Assembly: GCA_013239625.1 (NCBI GenBank)
Contig: MU054001.1
Span: 2,176,151-2,240,150 of the forward strand
DNA: 64,000 bases
Reading direction: 5' to 3'
DNA from: Lama guanicoe
Lineage: Eukaryota
Part shown: one piece after another, positions 25,665 to 38,520 of the stretch
Position numbering within the stretch: the stretch's first letter is position 1
Layout: each line of letters begins with the position of its first letter
The notes under the pieces: generated by a model
What the model was told of the DNA's origin: nothing
Seen by the model: only the letters and a program-made list of their open reading frames with translations
Database searches by the model: none
Position numbers and translations under genes: made by a program

Positions 25665-25749
25665 ATGTAGGAGACGGCACTGGATAACTATAATTTCAGG
25701 TTTCCTTAGTGAAATAATGCCTTTTGCATGGCTGACTTCTGTTTATATA

Positions 25750-26380
25750 GTACCTACAATTTCCAAAGTATTTTGAGGTACATCTTTCACTTATCTTTAC
25801 AGAAACCCCATAAAGGAGTAATAACAGCTCATAGTTACTGAGTGCTTTCATGTGCTGACCACTTTGCAGGCAGCCTGGGAGGCAGCAGAAGTTAAAGTGC
25901 ACTGGTAGGGATGGTTGGAAGTTGAATCCTAGCTGCTGGGTGATCTTGGGTCAGTCCTATAACCTCTCTGTGCCTCGGTTTTCTCAACTGTAAATGCCTT
26001 TAAACTTGTGAAGCTCTCAGAAGAGCATCTGGCCAAAAACAAGTGCTCAAGAGATGTTAACGAACTCAATCTTCACATCCACCTGAGACAGAGTTATCGT
26101 TACTTCCATTTTGGTGAGGAAACTGGCACACGAGAAAGACAAATCATTTCCTGAGATCATCGGGGGGTTGTTCAGCCAAGGCTGGAACAAGGTCTGTGTG
26201 ACTCCAAAGCCTTTGTTCTGATGGGACTGCCCATCAGTGCCTCCCAAGGAATGGTCAGTACACCTTTCTATGGAGAAGGGAACTGAGGACCAGAGAGGAA
26301 AAGTGTTTACGTAAGCATGGGCGTCCAGGAAGCAAGAGTCAAGCCTCGAATCCTAATCTTTGACTCCTGGCCCAGGGCTG
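25750..26380. mobile_element. Cluster of MIR fragments in both orientations
   Basis: Plus-strand core aacctctctgtgcctcggttttctcaactgtaaatg. Minus-strand cores ccattttggtgaggaaactggcac and gggaactgaggaccagagagg. Confidence 0.65.
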
Positions 26381-28614
26381 GCTCAGTGACCAAAACTCTG
26401 TGTCCCCTTTCAGGGATCATGTTCTAAGTCTAAAAATAACCAGGAGAGTGAGCTCTGCAGGAAAGCTTGAAAGCCTGAGTCTATCAGTGAATTCAGGAGG
26501 AGGGGGAGGAGTGATGGGGAAGGGAGGCAGGAGGAAGGGGGATTTTAAATGTCTGGAGTTGAAAACTGACTTGCTGCACCCCTGTGGGGGCTGACACTGC
26601 TTCCATCTACCTGAGTTGATGACAGAAGGTGACACTCCAATGACAGTCATTAACAATAATCAAAACAATGAGGATCTCTTGGGTGTTTTATGTTCCAGGC
26701 ACTGTGAGTTTCACAGTCACTTCAATTCTCACAGCAAGTCTACAAGAAAGGTCCTACACAGCCCTGACAGAGGCAGAATTTGAACCTGGATCAGTCTGAC
26801 TTCAAAGCTTGTGTTCTGAAAACTTCCATGAATACTGTCAGTCCTGTGTCATCCCTCAGTGGCCACAGTCACACCGATGTCTGGGGGTATCCTGATCAGC
26901 TTTGCTCCTTCCCTCCCACCATTCTCCCTTCCTCCTCAACCCTCCCCCATCCTCTCACAGAGGGGAGCCTCTCCTGAGAGTGGGTTGTGTGTAAGCTTGG
27001 TGAATCCCTCTGTGGAGGACTTTTCTATGGATGATCTTCTTACCCAGCATTGTATCTTCCTGCCTTCCATTTGCCAAACAAATGTAAAGTCTTCATTATC
27101 CTGAATCGCTGAAGCTCAGATGCTATTGGTCTGGGGATTTGTCAGGGCCCTTCCAGCCCTGACATTCTGTCTAACAAGCATCAAAGCTTATGCCCCAGCA
27201 CCTACACTGGCTGGACACTCAGGTTTGGTTGGTTGGCTTCTGGGCCTGCTGGCTTTCCTTCCCATCTCCTGCTTCCCCCCAGCCCCAAACTGCAACAGAA
27301 TCATCTGTTTCCTTTTGGGTCTGGAGCCTCCTATATTGAGTGGCCAGGAGAGACACCTTCTAAACTCCTCAGCAGCTTCAATGCTGTGAAGGTCATGAGA
27401 GAACCAGAGTCCCACCCTCAGGAATCAGGAGCTTAATTTTCTCCACCCCCGGCTTCTTGCCTTCTTCCGTTCTTGGTTGACTTCCTTTCTTTCCCAAGTT
27501 CTTTCTTCCTTTGGAGGAGTCTAGATCTAGCTTTATCTTCTCTTTGGAGAATTTCGTTCTGCATTGATGTGCATTTGCATTGCGGGGGCCTGTAAAACAA
27601 GCTGTGACAGCAAGACAGAGGGAAGTCCTCTTTGTGAGTGAACAGAGAAGTCTATTAGCGTCTTTTACTCCTCTCTCTGCTCTGTCTCTTTCTCTCTCTC
27701 TCTCAAACACATTTTTCCTCTTCCATTTTTATTGTAGAAGAAGCTAATCTCTTAATCCACTGAAGTCTTATCGATATATCATTCTTCTAGTGGAAAACTC
27801 TGGCAACTTCTGATCTTAATTGTCAAATTTTTCTCCAGGTTCCTCCTCAGGGCTGTCTGTCACCTCTGAGGAGAATTACTGTGGCCCCAGAGATGCCAGT
27901 TCCTTCTAGGAGCTCTATCCCCATCCTCCCTCTTCCAGGCTTTGGGGTCCTGTCGAAGGTCACCAGCACTGCATTCACAGCTTCTGTCAGCTGGTGACCT
28001 CAATGAGTTGCTTCTCTCAAGCACAATGTGTTTTCCACAGGCTAAGAATTTTCACATCCATTTGAATCTGTATTTCTTAGACCATGCTGGCATGAAGAAA
28101 AAATATTTCTTTGGCTGTAATTGTATCTGCCTTGTGGGATATCCAACCCCATCATATTCCTTGTAAACAGCCCAGAAGGAATCTGTAAGATCCAAGAACT
28201 TGTTCTCTTGAGCATCCTTATGTATCAGCCATCTCCTTCTCTGCTGTCTCTTACTCTACTGTCTGTTCCGACCAATGACCAATTGGTGGCCATGCTGGCA
28301 ACACCCTCCAAAGTGACCCATTGCTTTGTCTCTCCACTGTGTGTCCCTCCATTGGTTGCTCTTCCTGGTGGAAGTTGTTGGTACCAAAGCTTTTGATGCT
28401 GAACAGCGACAGTGTGTACCAGAGATTTTTAGAAAGTCCTCGGTACTGGCCTTCTCAATCAAACGTTTCGACTTCCCTCAAGGCTATTGATGAACCAAGA
28501 GTCGAAAAATCAGTTTGACAACTTTTTAGCATGTCCTACGGGGGTGGTTTGGCCTCTATTTGATTGTCTTTGACTCTAAAGGTTTCCATGACACAGAGAA
28601 ACCTTATTTAATAT

Positions 28615-28770
28615 TCAGTGTATCTCATTTAACTCTCATGACAGCATTGAGAAGAAGGTAGTACGATTATGGCCATTACACAGATGAGGAAACTGAGGCT
28701 TAGTGAGGAAGAATGCCTTACTCATGGTCATGGAATTTAAACCCAGTTTTTAACTCCAAGGACTGAGATA
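28615..28770 (-). mobile_element. MIR fragment
   Basis: tctcatttaactctcatgacag...acagatgaggaaactgaggctt. Confidence 0.75.
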
Positions 28771-29887
28771 CTATTCTGTCTTTTACATTTTCTGTGATAG
28801 TCTTCATTTCAATATTTACCCTCATAAGAACACTACAGCTTCTCAGACCAGTGGCCCTGATTTTTGACTCAGAAGTGTGGTTGCTGTACTAATACACAGT
28901 GTCAGTAATTTGTAAGGGTTGTCATGTGCCTCTTCCAGAGGTCCCTGGCCTAGTTTTGGGAACTTTCTTCCCCGATGAGAACTTTCCTGTAATCGAGCTT
29001 GTGATTAGAGATGGAGAGTAATTTTCTAGCCGTTTTGTGTTCTGTGTCTTACAGAGAAGTCCTGGTGTGATATATCTATTTTTACAGCCAGATTCTAGAA
29101 AGAAGTCGTGTTAGCTTGATCTAAAACGCATGCAGTCTGTTTTCTGTCTAAATGTCAAGACCATAACCTCTGACACTGAGATCCAAAAAAAAAAAAAGTT
29201 GCTCTTATTCTTTAGCTTGTAAAAGAAGTATTCTGCTTTCAGATTGCAGCATTGAGGCTGCTGGTGCTTGTAAAAAAAAATGTTTATACTTGCCGTCATC
29301 ACTGGGGATCCTCTCCCCAACAGGATGTCATTGCCTGGCTGTTTTAAATACATTTAGACCGACTTACCTTTTAACTTGAGGATAATCAATTCTTTCTGTG
29401 ACAGAAAGACGAAATTAAATGCTTAAATTAACCCACATCCCTGTCACCACTATCTATTTTTAGTGAGATTTCATTTTTAGGGGAAAATGTACTGTTTGAG
29501 GCTCACATTAACCTGAAAAATGAAGAGAATGGCTTCAGTTGCTTTAACACCACTCCTCAAAATACTTTTTTTTTAACATTTTTTATTGATTTATAATCAT
29601 TTTACAGTGTTGTGTCAAATTCCAGTGTAGAGCATAATTTTTCAGTTATACATGAACATATATATATATTCATTGTCACATTTTTTTCTCTGTGAGCTAC
29701 GATAAGATATTGTGTATATTTCCCTGTGTGATACAGTATAATCTTGTTTATCTGTTCTACAATTTTGAAATCCTGTCTATCCCTTCTCACCCTCCACCCC
29801 CTTGGCAACCACAAGTTTGTATTCTGTGTCTGAGTCTGTTTCTGTTTTGTATTTATGCTTTGTTTGTTTGTTTTTGTTTTTGTTTTT

Positions 29888-32800
29888 TTAGATTCCACAT
29901 ATGAGCAATCTCATATGGTATTTTTCTTTCTCTTTCTGGCTTACTTCACTTAGAATGACATTCTCCAGGAGCATCCAAGTTGCTGCAAATGGCATTATGT
30001 TGTCAATTTTTATGGCTGAGTAGTATGCCATTGTATAAATATACCACTTCTTCTTTATCCAGTCATCCTTTGATGGACATTTAGGCTGTCTCCATGTCTT
30101 GGCTATTGTAAATAGTGCTGCTATGAACATGGGGGTGCAGGTGTCATCCTGAAGTAGGGTTCCTTCTGGGTATATGCCCAGGAGCGGGATTCCTGGGTCA
30201 TATGGTAAGTCTGTTCCTAGTCTTTTGAGGAATCTCCACACTGTTTTCCACAGTGGCTGCACCAAACTGCATTCCCGCCAGCAGTGTAGGAGGGTTCCCC
30301 TTTCTCCACAGCTTCTCCAGCATTTGTCATTTGTGGATTTTTGAATGACGGCCATTCTGACTGGTGTGAGGTGATACCTCATTGTAGTTTTGATTTGCAT
30401 TTCTCTGATAATTAGTGACATTGAGCAATTTTTCATGTGCCTATTGATCATTTGTATGTCTTCCTTGGAGAATTGCTTGTTTAGGTCTTCTGCCCATTTT
30501 TGGATTGGGTTGTTTATTTTTTTCTTATTGAGTCGTATGAGCTGCTTATATATTCTGGAGATCAAGCCTTTGTCAGTTTCATTTGCAAAAGTTTTCTCCC
30601 ATTCCGTAGGTTGTCTTTTTGTTTTACTTATGGTTTCCTTTGCTGTGCAGAAGCTTGTAAGTTTCATTAGGTCCCATTTGTTTATTCTTGCTTTTATTTC
30701 TTCTAGGAGAAAATTTTTGAGATGTATGTCAGATAATGTTTTGCCTATATTTTCCTCTAGGAGGTTTATTGTATCTTGTCTTATGTTTAAGTCTTTGATC
30801 CATTTTGAGTTTATTTTTGTGTGTGGTGTAAGGGAGTGTTCTAGCTTCATTGTTTTACATCCTGCTGTCCAGTTTTCCCAACACCATTTGCTGAAGAGAC
30901 TGTCTTTAATCCATTGTATATTCTTGCCTCCTTTGTCGAAGATGAGTTGACCAAAAGTTTGTGGGTTCATTTCTGGGCTCTCTGTTCTGTTCCATTGGTC
31001 TATATGTCTGTTTTTGTACCAATACCATCCTGTCTTGATGACTGTAGCTCTATAGTATCGTCTGAAGTCTGGGAGAGTTATTCCTCCAGCCTCTTTCTTT
31101 CTCTTCAGTTATGTTTTGGCAATTCTAGGTCTCTGATGGTTTCATATAAATTTTATTATGATTTGTTCTAGTTCTATGAAATATGTCCTGGGTAATTTGA
31201 TAGGGATTGCATTAAATCTGTAGATTGCCTTTGGCAGTCTGACAATTTTAACAATATTGATTCTTCCAATCCAAGAGCATGGAATATCTTTCCATTTTTT
31301 AAAGTCTTCTTTAATTTCCTTCATCACAGTTTATAGTTTTCTGTATATAATTCTTTTCCCCTCCTNNNNNNNNNNNNNNNNNNNNNNNNNNNNNNNNNNN
31401 NNNNNNNNNNNNNNNNNNNNNNNNNNNNNNNNNNNNNNNNNNNNNNNNNNNNNNNNNNNNNNNNNNNNNNNNNNNNNNNNNNNNNNNNNNNNNNNNNNNN
31501 NNNNNNNNNNNNNNNNNNNNNNNNNNNNNNNNNNNNNNNNNNNNNNNNNNNNNNNNNNNNNNNNNNNNNNNNNNNNNNNNNNNNNNNNNNNNNNNNNNNN
31601 NNNNNNNNNNNNNNNNNNNNNNNNNNNNNNNNNNNNNNNNNNNNNNNNNNNNNNNNNNNNNNNNNNNNNNNNNNNNNNNNNNNNNNNNNNNNNNNNNNNN
31701 NNNNNNNNNNNNNNNNNNNNNNNNNNNNNNNNNNNNNNNNNNNNNNNNNNNNNNNNNNNNNNNNNNNNNNNNNNNNNNNNNNNNNNNNNNNNNNNNNNNN
31801 NNNNNNNNNNNNNNNNNNNNNNNNNNNNNNNNNNNNNNNNNNNNNNNNNNNNNNNNNNTGAGATGATCATGTGGTTTTTGTCCTTTCTCTTGTTGATGTG
31901 ATGTATTACATTGATTGATTTGCGTATGTTGAACCAGCCTTGTGTCCCTGGGATGAACCCCACTTGGTCATGATGTATAATCTTTCTCATGTGTTGTCAG
32001 ATTCTATTTGCTAATATTTTGGTGAGGATTTTGGTGTCTGTTTATCAGTGATATTGGCCTATAATTCTCTTTTTTTGTAGTGTCTTTGCCTGGTTTTGGT
32101 ATCAGGGTGATGGTGGCTTCATAGAATGAGTTTGGGAGTATTCCCTCCTTTTCAATCTTCTGGAAGAGTTTGAGAAGGACTGATATGAGTTCTTTTTGTA
32201 TGTTTGGTAGAATTCGCCAGTGAAGCCGTGTGGACCTGGACTTTTATTTGTAGGGAGGTTTTTTACTGCTATTTCGATTTCATTTCTAGTGGTCAGTTTG
32301 TTCAAGTGGTCAGTTTCTTCTTGATTCAGGCTTGGTGGACAATATGTTCCCAGAAACTTGTCCATCTCCTCTAGGTTATACAGTTTGGTTCCGTATAGTT
32401 TTTCATAATAGTCTTGTATGATATTCTGTATTTCTATTTTATTTGTTGTAATTTCTCCATTATCCTTTCTTATTTTGCTAATTTGTACTCTCTCTTTTTT
32501 CTTCTTTGTGAGTTTGACCAGAGGTTTGTTGATTTTATTTAATTTTTCAAAAAACCAGCTTTTGGTTTGATTGATTTTTTCTATGGTCTTATTAATCTGT
32601 ATTTTATTTATTTACTCCCCAATCTTTATAATTTCCTTCCTTCTGCTGCCTTTTGGGGTTTTTTGTTCTTTTGCTAGTTCATTCAGCTGGTGGGTTAAAT
32701 TGTTTATTTGAGATTGTTCTTTTTTGAGGAAGGCCTGTATCGCTATAAACTTCCCTCTTAGCACTGCCTTTGCTGTGTCCCATAAATTTTGTGTGGTTGT

Positions 32801-33641
32801 GCTTTCATTTTCATTTGTCTCAAGGTATTTTTTAATTTCACCTTTGATTTCCTCATTGACCCATTGGTTTTTTTAATAACGTATTGTTTAATCTCCATGC
32901 TTTCCCTTTGTTCTCCTTTGTTTCTCTGCTGTTGATTTCTAGTTTCATGGCATTGTGGTCAGTAAAGATGCTTGATATAATTTCTGTCTTCTTAAAATTG
33001 CTGATGTTTCTATTGTGCCCAAGTACACGATCAATCCTGGAAAATGTTCCATGTGCACTTCAAAAGAATGTATATCCTATTTTTGGGGGGTGTAATGCTC
33101 TGAAAATATCTACCAAATCTAATTTTTCTATTGTATTATTTAATTTCTCTGTTGCCTTATTTATTTTGTGTCTGGAAGATCTATCTAGTGATGTTAATGA
33201 GATATTGAAATCTGCAACTATGATTGTATTCCCATCAATATCCCCCTTTATCTCTGTTAGTAATTGTTTTATATACTTAGGTGCTCCTATATTGGGTGCA
33301 TATATATTAACGAGTGTAATATCCTCATCTTGTATCACTCCTTTAATCATTATAAAATGTCCTTCTTTATCTTTCTTCATGGCCTTTGTTTTAAAGTCTA
33401 TTTTGTCTGAAATCAGTACTGCAACACTTGCTTTTTTGGCTTTTCCATTTGCATGGAATATCCTTTTCCATCCCTTCGCTCTCAATCTATATGTGTCCTT
33501 CTCCCTAAAGTGGGTCTCTTATATGCAGTATATTGAAGATTCTTGCTTTATTATCCAGTCTGCCACTCTATGTCTTTTGACTGGAGCATTTAGTCCATTA
33601 ACATTTACAGTAATTAATGATAGATGTGTTTTTATTGCCAT
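29888..33641 (-). pseudogene. L1 ORF2 (endonuclease / reverse transcriptase), disrupted
   Basis: Start MAIKTHLSLITVNVNGLN at 33641. EN motifs (VAVLISDK, NIYAPN, IIVADFN), [26 protein letters not shown], and a 360-aa C-terminal ORF (WKTVWRFLK). Broken by stops and frameshifts, with N gap 31366-31858. Confidence 0.95.
31366..31858. other. Assembly gap (493 N) covering the L1 RT core
   Basis: N run between HMIIS and the LTKE-like region of ORF2. Its size is about that expected for the missing part of RT. Confidence 0.95.
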
Positions 33642-34017
33642 TTTGAACTTATCTTTGCAGTTGATTTGGTATTTCCTCTTTGCTCCTTTCTTCTTCCTTT
33701 TGTGGTTTGGTAGTTTTCCTGTGTATTATCATGGATTTTATTTAGTCTTTGTGACTCCCTTGTAAGTGTTTGGCTTGTGGTTACCCTTTTCTGTAAGTCT
33801 ATTAGCCCATTACTATATCTCAAACCCATCCTGCCGAAACAAAAAATTTTAAAAAGAAAGAAAAAAAAATTCTATATTTTCTTGCTTCCTTCTCCCACTC
33901 TTAATGATTTAGGTGTCTTCTTTTACAATTTCATGTTTATTTTATTTGTAATTCATGAGTTATCACCTTTCTCAGTTATGAGTTTCTCATTTCTGTAGCA
34001 TCCTGCTTCTTTTCTAT

Positions 34018-34909
34018 TTAGAGTAGACCTGTCAATATTTCTTTTAGCATGGGATTAGTGTTACTAAACTCTTAGTTTTTGCTTGTCTGTGAAGTTCTTT
34101 ATCTCTCCTTCTATCCTAAAGGATAGCCTTGCTGGATAGAGTATCCTAGGCTGCATCTTTTTTTCATTCAGGACTTTGAATGTATCTTGTCACTCCCTTC
34201 TGGCCTGTAGTGTTTGTGTAGAGAAATCAGCAGAGAGCCTTATGGGGGTTCCTTGTAAGTCACTCTTTGTTTTTCTCTTGCTGCGTTTAGGATCCTTTCT
34301 TTATCCTTGACTCTGGCCATCTTGATTATGATATGTCTTGGTGTGGGTCTGTTTGGGTTCTTCCTGTTTGGGACCCTTTGAACTTCCTGTACTTGGATAT
34401 CTGATTCCTTCTTTAGGTTTGGGAAGTTTTCAGTCATGATTTCTTCAAAAACCTTTTCAATCCCCTTTGTTCTTTCTTCCCCTTCTGGGAGCCCTATTAT
34501 GCAAAGATTGACATGCTTTATATTATCCCATAGGTCCCTTATGTTGCTTTCATTTATTTTTATTTGTTTATCTTGCAGTTGTTCTGATTGGGTGCTTTCT
34601 GTTGTCCTGTCTTCTAGGTCACTAATTCGTTTCTCTGCATTATCTAGTCTGCTTTACACAGCCTTTAGATCTGTTCTCATCTCAGCCAATGAGTTTACCA
34701 ATTCTACTTGGTTCTTCTCTATAGCTTCTCCTTCATTTTTGACATATTTTATATCTCTAAACACTATCTCTTTTAGTTCCTTCAATACTTTGATGACTCC
34801 TTTTTTGAAATCTTGATCTAGTAGGCTATCAATGTCTTATTTCCTTGATCGTGCTTTCAGGGGATTTCTCTTGTTCTTTTAATTGGGAATGGTTTCTCTG
34901 CTTCTTCAT
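34018..34909 (-). pseudogene. L1 ORF1 (RNA-binding protein), frameshifted
   Basis: MTENFPNL...RPTPRHIIIKM motif. ATG at 34909 and stop at 34018 assigned by alignment with the second copy (55019-54128). Confidence 0.9.
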
Positions 34910-35039
34910 CTTGCTGATATCTCTCTGGCACTGTGGCTTATGGAGTATCAGTTATGTATTGTGGTCCTTAAAGGAGTTTATTTATTTATCTATCTAATGC
35001 CTATGTAGGAATAAAACTTAAAAAAAAAAAACGGAGAGA

Positions 35040-36095
35040 GAGAAAGAGAATTTTAAAAGAAGGGAGAAAATAGGTTTGAAAACAATGTATAATCAATTAT
35101 AGAAGCGCAATTTGAATCAGACTAGCATTCGAGTTGAGACGTCTTTTCTAAAAACTCTTTAAAAAAAGGAAAAAAAGATCAAAAAAATGATATTTGAAAC
35201 CTATTTATAATCAATAACAGGAGATCAAACCCCAAAGAAAGGAAAATGAAATCAGGTGGATTTAAAAAAATAGTAATAACTACTTTAAAAGAAAAATTTA
35301 AAAAGGAATTAAAACAAGAAGCATATACAGTTATTTAGAAAGTAGAAATTAAAAGTAATAGAAAATAGAACAGATAAAAAAGATAAAACAAAGAGAATTT
35401 TTAGAAAAGGGAGTAAAAAAAGGTTTGAAAACAGTGTCTAATCAATTATAGAAGAGCAATTTGAATCAGACTAGCATTCAAGTTGAGACATCTTTTTAAA
35501 AACCCTTAAAAACAAAAAGGAAAAAAGATCCAAAAATGATATTTGAAACCTATTTATAATAATAAAAGGAGACCAAACTCAAAAGAAATGAAAATGAAAT
35601 TGGGTGGATTTTTAGAAAAGTAATAATATAACTACTTTAAAAGAAAAATTTAAAAGGAATTAAAACTAGAAGCATATACAATTGTTTAGAAAGTAGAAAT
35701 TAAAAAGGTAATAAAAATAAAACAGATAAAAAAGATATGATAAAGAGAGAATTTTGAAAAAGGGAAGGGGAAAAAGGTTTGAAAACAGTGTATAATGAAT
35801 AATTGAAGAGCAAGTTGAAGCAGAATAGTAATCGGGTCGAGACATCTCTTAAAAACCTTTAAAAGAGGAGAAAAGAGGAATAAAAATATATTTGAAACCT
35901 GTGTATAATCAATAACCAAGAGAGAGAAACCAAGAGAGAGAAAATGACATGATGTGGATTTTTTAAAAATAATAATAATATTATTTTAAAAGAAAAATTT
36001 TAAAGGGATTAAAACTGGGTGGACATATAATTGTTTGAAAAGTAAAAATTAAAAGTAATAGAAAATACAACATGTAAAAACAGATTAAGAAAAAA
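35040..36095. repeat. ~350-bp AT-rich unit x3 within the L1 5'UTR
   Basis: Anchor ggtttgaaaaca at 35073, 35422 and 35776 (periods 349 and 354), with matching flanks. Confidence 0.9.
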
Positions 36096-36099
36096 AGGG

Positions 36100-37238
36100 G
36101 GGGAGGGGGTGTTCTGTGGAGACTGTGTGCTCTTAATGTCTGTCTTCGCCCTGTTTCCCCGAACTCAGCTTACTGTTTCCAGAGGCCCTCTGTTGGTGCC
36201 CTCATCTGTGCTGCTCCCAGTGCCTGTCAGCAAGCAGATCGTGCCCCCTCCCAGCAAAGTGTTCCTGCCAGAAACCTCCACTCTCTCCTGGTGCGGGTCG
36301 CTCCGCAGCTCCTGGCGGCCGCTAGCACCCCGCTGCTGCGTGCTCCCCGCCACCACGTGCTCCGTGCCCGGTAGGTGCTCTGCAGGTGGCCCGGGGAAGA
36401 CAGGAACAGCCCCGCCCCTGTTCTGTGTCCAAACTCAGCTCCTTGTTTGTCCTGGTGGCACAAACTTTGCAAGGCACCGGGGCGGAGGAATCCTATCTGA
36501 CTCGGGCTGCAAGCAAGTCACTGTCTGGCCTTTGAGGCTGTGGAGCCCCCAGGCTCGGATTCAGGTTTCGCCCCCGCCCCCACCTGGATGCCAAGTGCCA
36601 CAGGATATGGTGGCCTCGCCTGAGCCCCGCCTCTCCTTGACGAAAACCTTCTGTGAGTTTTCAGAGATGAGGGTATGCACCATTCCCCCAGGGCACATCA
36701 GCCGTGCTGTTTTATGGAGGGCCCAGGTTGTTCTGCCCTGTGCACCCGCTCATCCATGTTGCACAGCTCCCTGGGGCTGCCTCAGCGCAGCCGCCCCAGT
36801 CCTCTGCCCGGCTCGGGCCTCCTGTCCTAGCCCCCAGCTCCCAGCTCGGGTCTCAGGCTGGGTGTTGCAGGGACCCGCTGTGCCCGTTTAACTTAGTTCT
36901 GTAGGTCAAGGGCTGTTCCGTACAGATCCGAGCCTCGGAGACTCCCGCTCCGTCCCGCTGGCCTCCCCGTTGGAGAGGGGGAGACCCAGTGAACGAGCTC
37001 CAGTCCTCCTTTGCCGCTCCCTCCCCGCGAGACTGGTCCCGCACTGTTTTGCCTTTTCGTCTTTCTTTTTTTCCTTTCTCCTACTAGATTTTTGGCGTCT
37101 TTGTCTTTTGAAGAGGACAATGTTCTGTCGGAGTTCCGCAGGTGCTCTGGTTGGCTGAGTGGGTCCGTGGATGTGAGTCTTGGTGTATCTGTGGGAGAGG
37201 GTGAGCTACCTGCGTCCTACTACTCCTCCATCTTGGCC
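36100..37238 (-). promoter_or_regulatory. CpG-rich L1 5'UTR / internal Pol II promoter
   Basis: Only extended GC/CpG-rich stretch in the window. YY1-like caagatgg lies at the very 5' end. Confidence 0.75.
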
Positions 37239-38044
37239 TACTCAAAAATATTCTTGACATTTGCCTGGTGGAATGGGACTGCTGTCGGAAAAGAGAGGAT
37301 GTTCTTGGGGGGAAGATTCAGCACAGAGAAGCTTATCCAATTCAGAGACATCTCTGGTCATCCAGGAGAGGATTTGAAAGAGAGAGGGAAGGCAGATTGG
37401 CAAAGGGGGCTAGAGACCTGCCTGTTTCCTTCAGGTCTTCCATTTCCAGGATGTGGACCAGTGGCCCAGGAAACACCCTGCAGGATGGATCCAGCCTGAG
37501 CAGAAGGGAGTTCACACATAAGCAGGAGAAGATGAAAGCTGTGTTTGATTCTGGAGCGTGCCTGTGCTGTTGGCCCAGGTGTCATTATTCATTTAGTGCC
37601 GTTCCATACTTCGCAGGAAAAGCACAGCAGGCTTATAATGCTTGAGTTTTTAAACATTCAGAAGGCTGTGATGCTATAAATAAGCTTCCTGTGTCAGAGA
37701 TTAAATCAACCAAGATGCCTGCCATGCCAACTTTATTTCTGAAACAACGTGTTTTCAACAGAAATCAAAATACTTGTTAATCCTTTCCTTCTGACGGGCT
37801 AATATGAGCCTTGAAAACCACAGTGAGAGCTACTGAGAAGACAGTAAGTAGCAGAAGCCATGTCTGCGTGGCTTATCCATCAGAGAAGATGGCAGCCATC
37901 CCTTGTTTTGGAAGTCTTTTGCCTGAACTGGTGGAGTGGTACTGCAGAATCAGGACTGGGCGAGGCTGTTTGCATCAGAAAAGATTTGGCTTTTGTGTTT
38001 TGGCTACACCAACACAGAGGCTGCATCTTTGAGATGACTGGTAA

Positions 38045-38520
38045 CAGGGTAGCAAACAGTTGTCCAATCCAATATCCATTCCTCTTTTTTTTTGGTAACA
38101 ACACCTGTATTCTCTGGGAAACTATCCTTCATCCCTTCTTAATCCGTGGGGCCCTGTGTGGGGGAGTCCATCCTCTAGATCCAGAGGCAGGACCAGGACT
38201 AACCAAGGAGAGCTTTCCATCTCGCTGACGATGGCAATTCAACCAGAGGCAGACGAGTGACCAAGGTGGGCCAACTGGAGTAGATCTTGGAGCTTGGCTG
38301 GAGCTGGTGGGGAAGAGGAGATCTCTTTCTTGCTGAGGTTATTACCTTGGAGCTGCTGAGCTTCATTTTTGCGAAATGATTACCTGAGATTGAAGCCAAC
38401 CCAGGATAAAGTATAGTTAAGAGATGGAGAACCATTTCTGATGACAGTATTTGGGTACCTGGCTACAGTCCTGCTTGAAATTAGATGCACTCCTGGACTT
38501 GTTCATGTCAACAACACAGG
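38045..38520 (+). mobile_element. Old MLT1 LTR
   Basis: gtgaccaaggtgggccaactggag...ttacctgagattgaagccaacccaggata...ctgatgacagtatttgggtacctgg. Confidence 0.5.

Larger units (their letters stand above)
29566..37238 (-). mobile_element. Full-length, inactivated LINE-1 (camelid type), ~7.7 kb
   Basis: 5' start ggccaagatggaggagtagtaggacg, CpG-rich 5'UTR, ORF1, inter-ORF region, ORF2, 3'UTR with AATAAA and A tail. Imperfect TSD ctcctcaaaatac (29553-29565) / ctactcaaaaatat (~37238-37251). Confidence 0.95.

Noticed and set aside
28321..28518. Peptide LMLNSDSVYQRFLESPRY loosely resembling the RGS-domain C-terminal motif
   Set aside because: Needs gaps to align, has no upstream RGS helices and no convincing splice sites. 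Likely chance.
31257..31990. 214/219-aa ORFs
   Set aside because: Artefacts of translating through the N gap.
32884..33765. 293-aa plus-strand ORF (also 30390..30950, 34436..34816, 54547..54927)
   Set aside because: Antisense shadows of A-rich L1 ORF1/ORF2. The hydrophobic composition follows from base bias.
35040..36095. CRISPR-like or satellite array
   Set aside because: Long diverged units without spacers, embedded in a mammalian L1 5'UTR.
36109..36891. 260-aa ORF antisense to the L1 5'UTR (possible ORF0 analogue)
   Set aside because: GC-rich sequence is poor in stop codons, the start is non-ATG, and there is no recognisable domain. It would need conservation across L1 copies.
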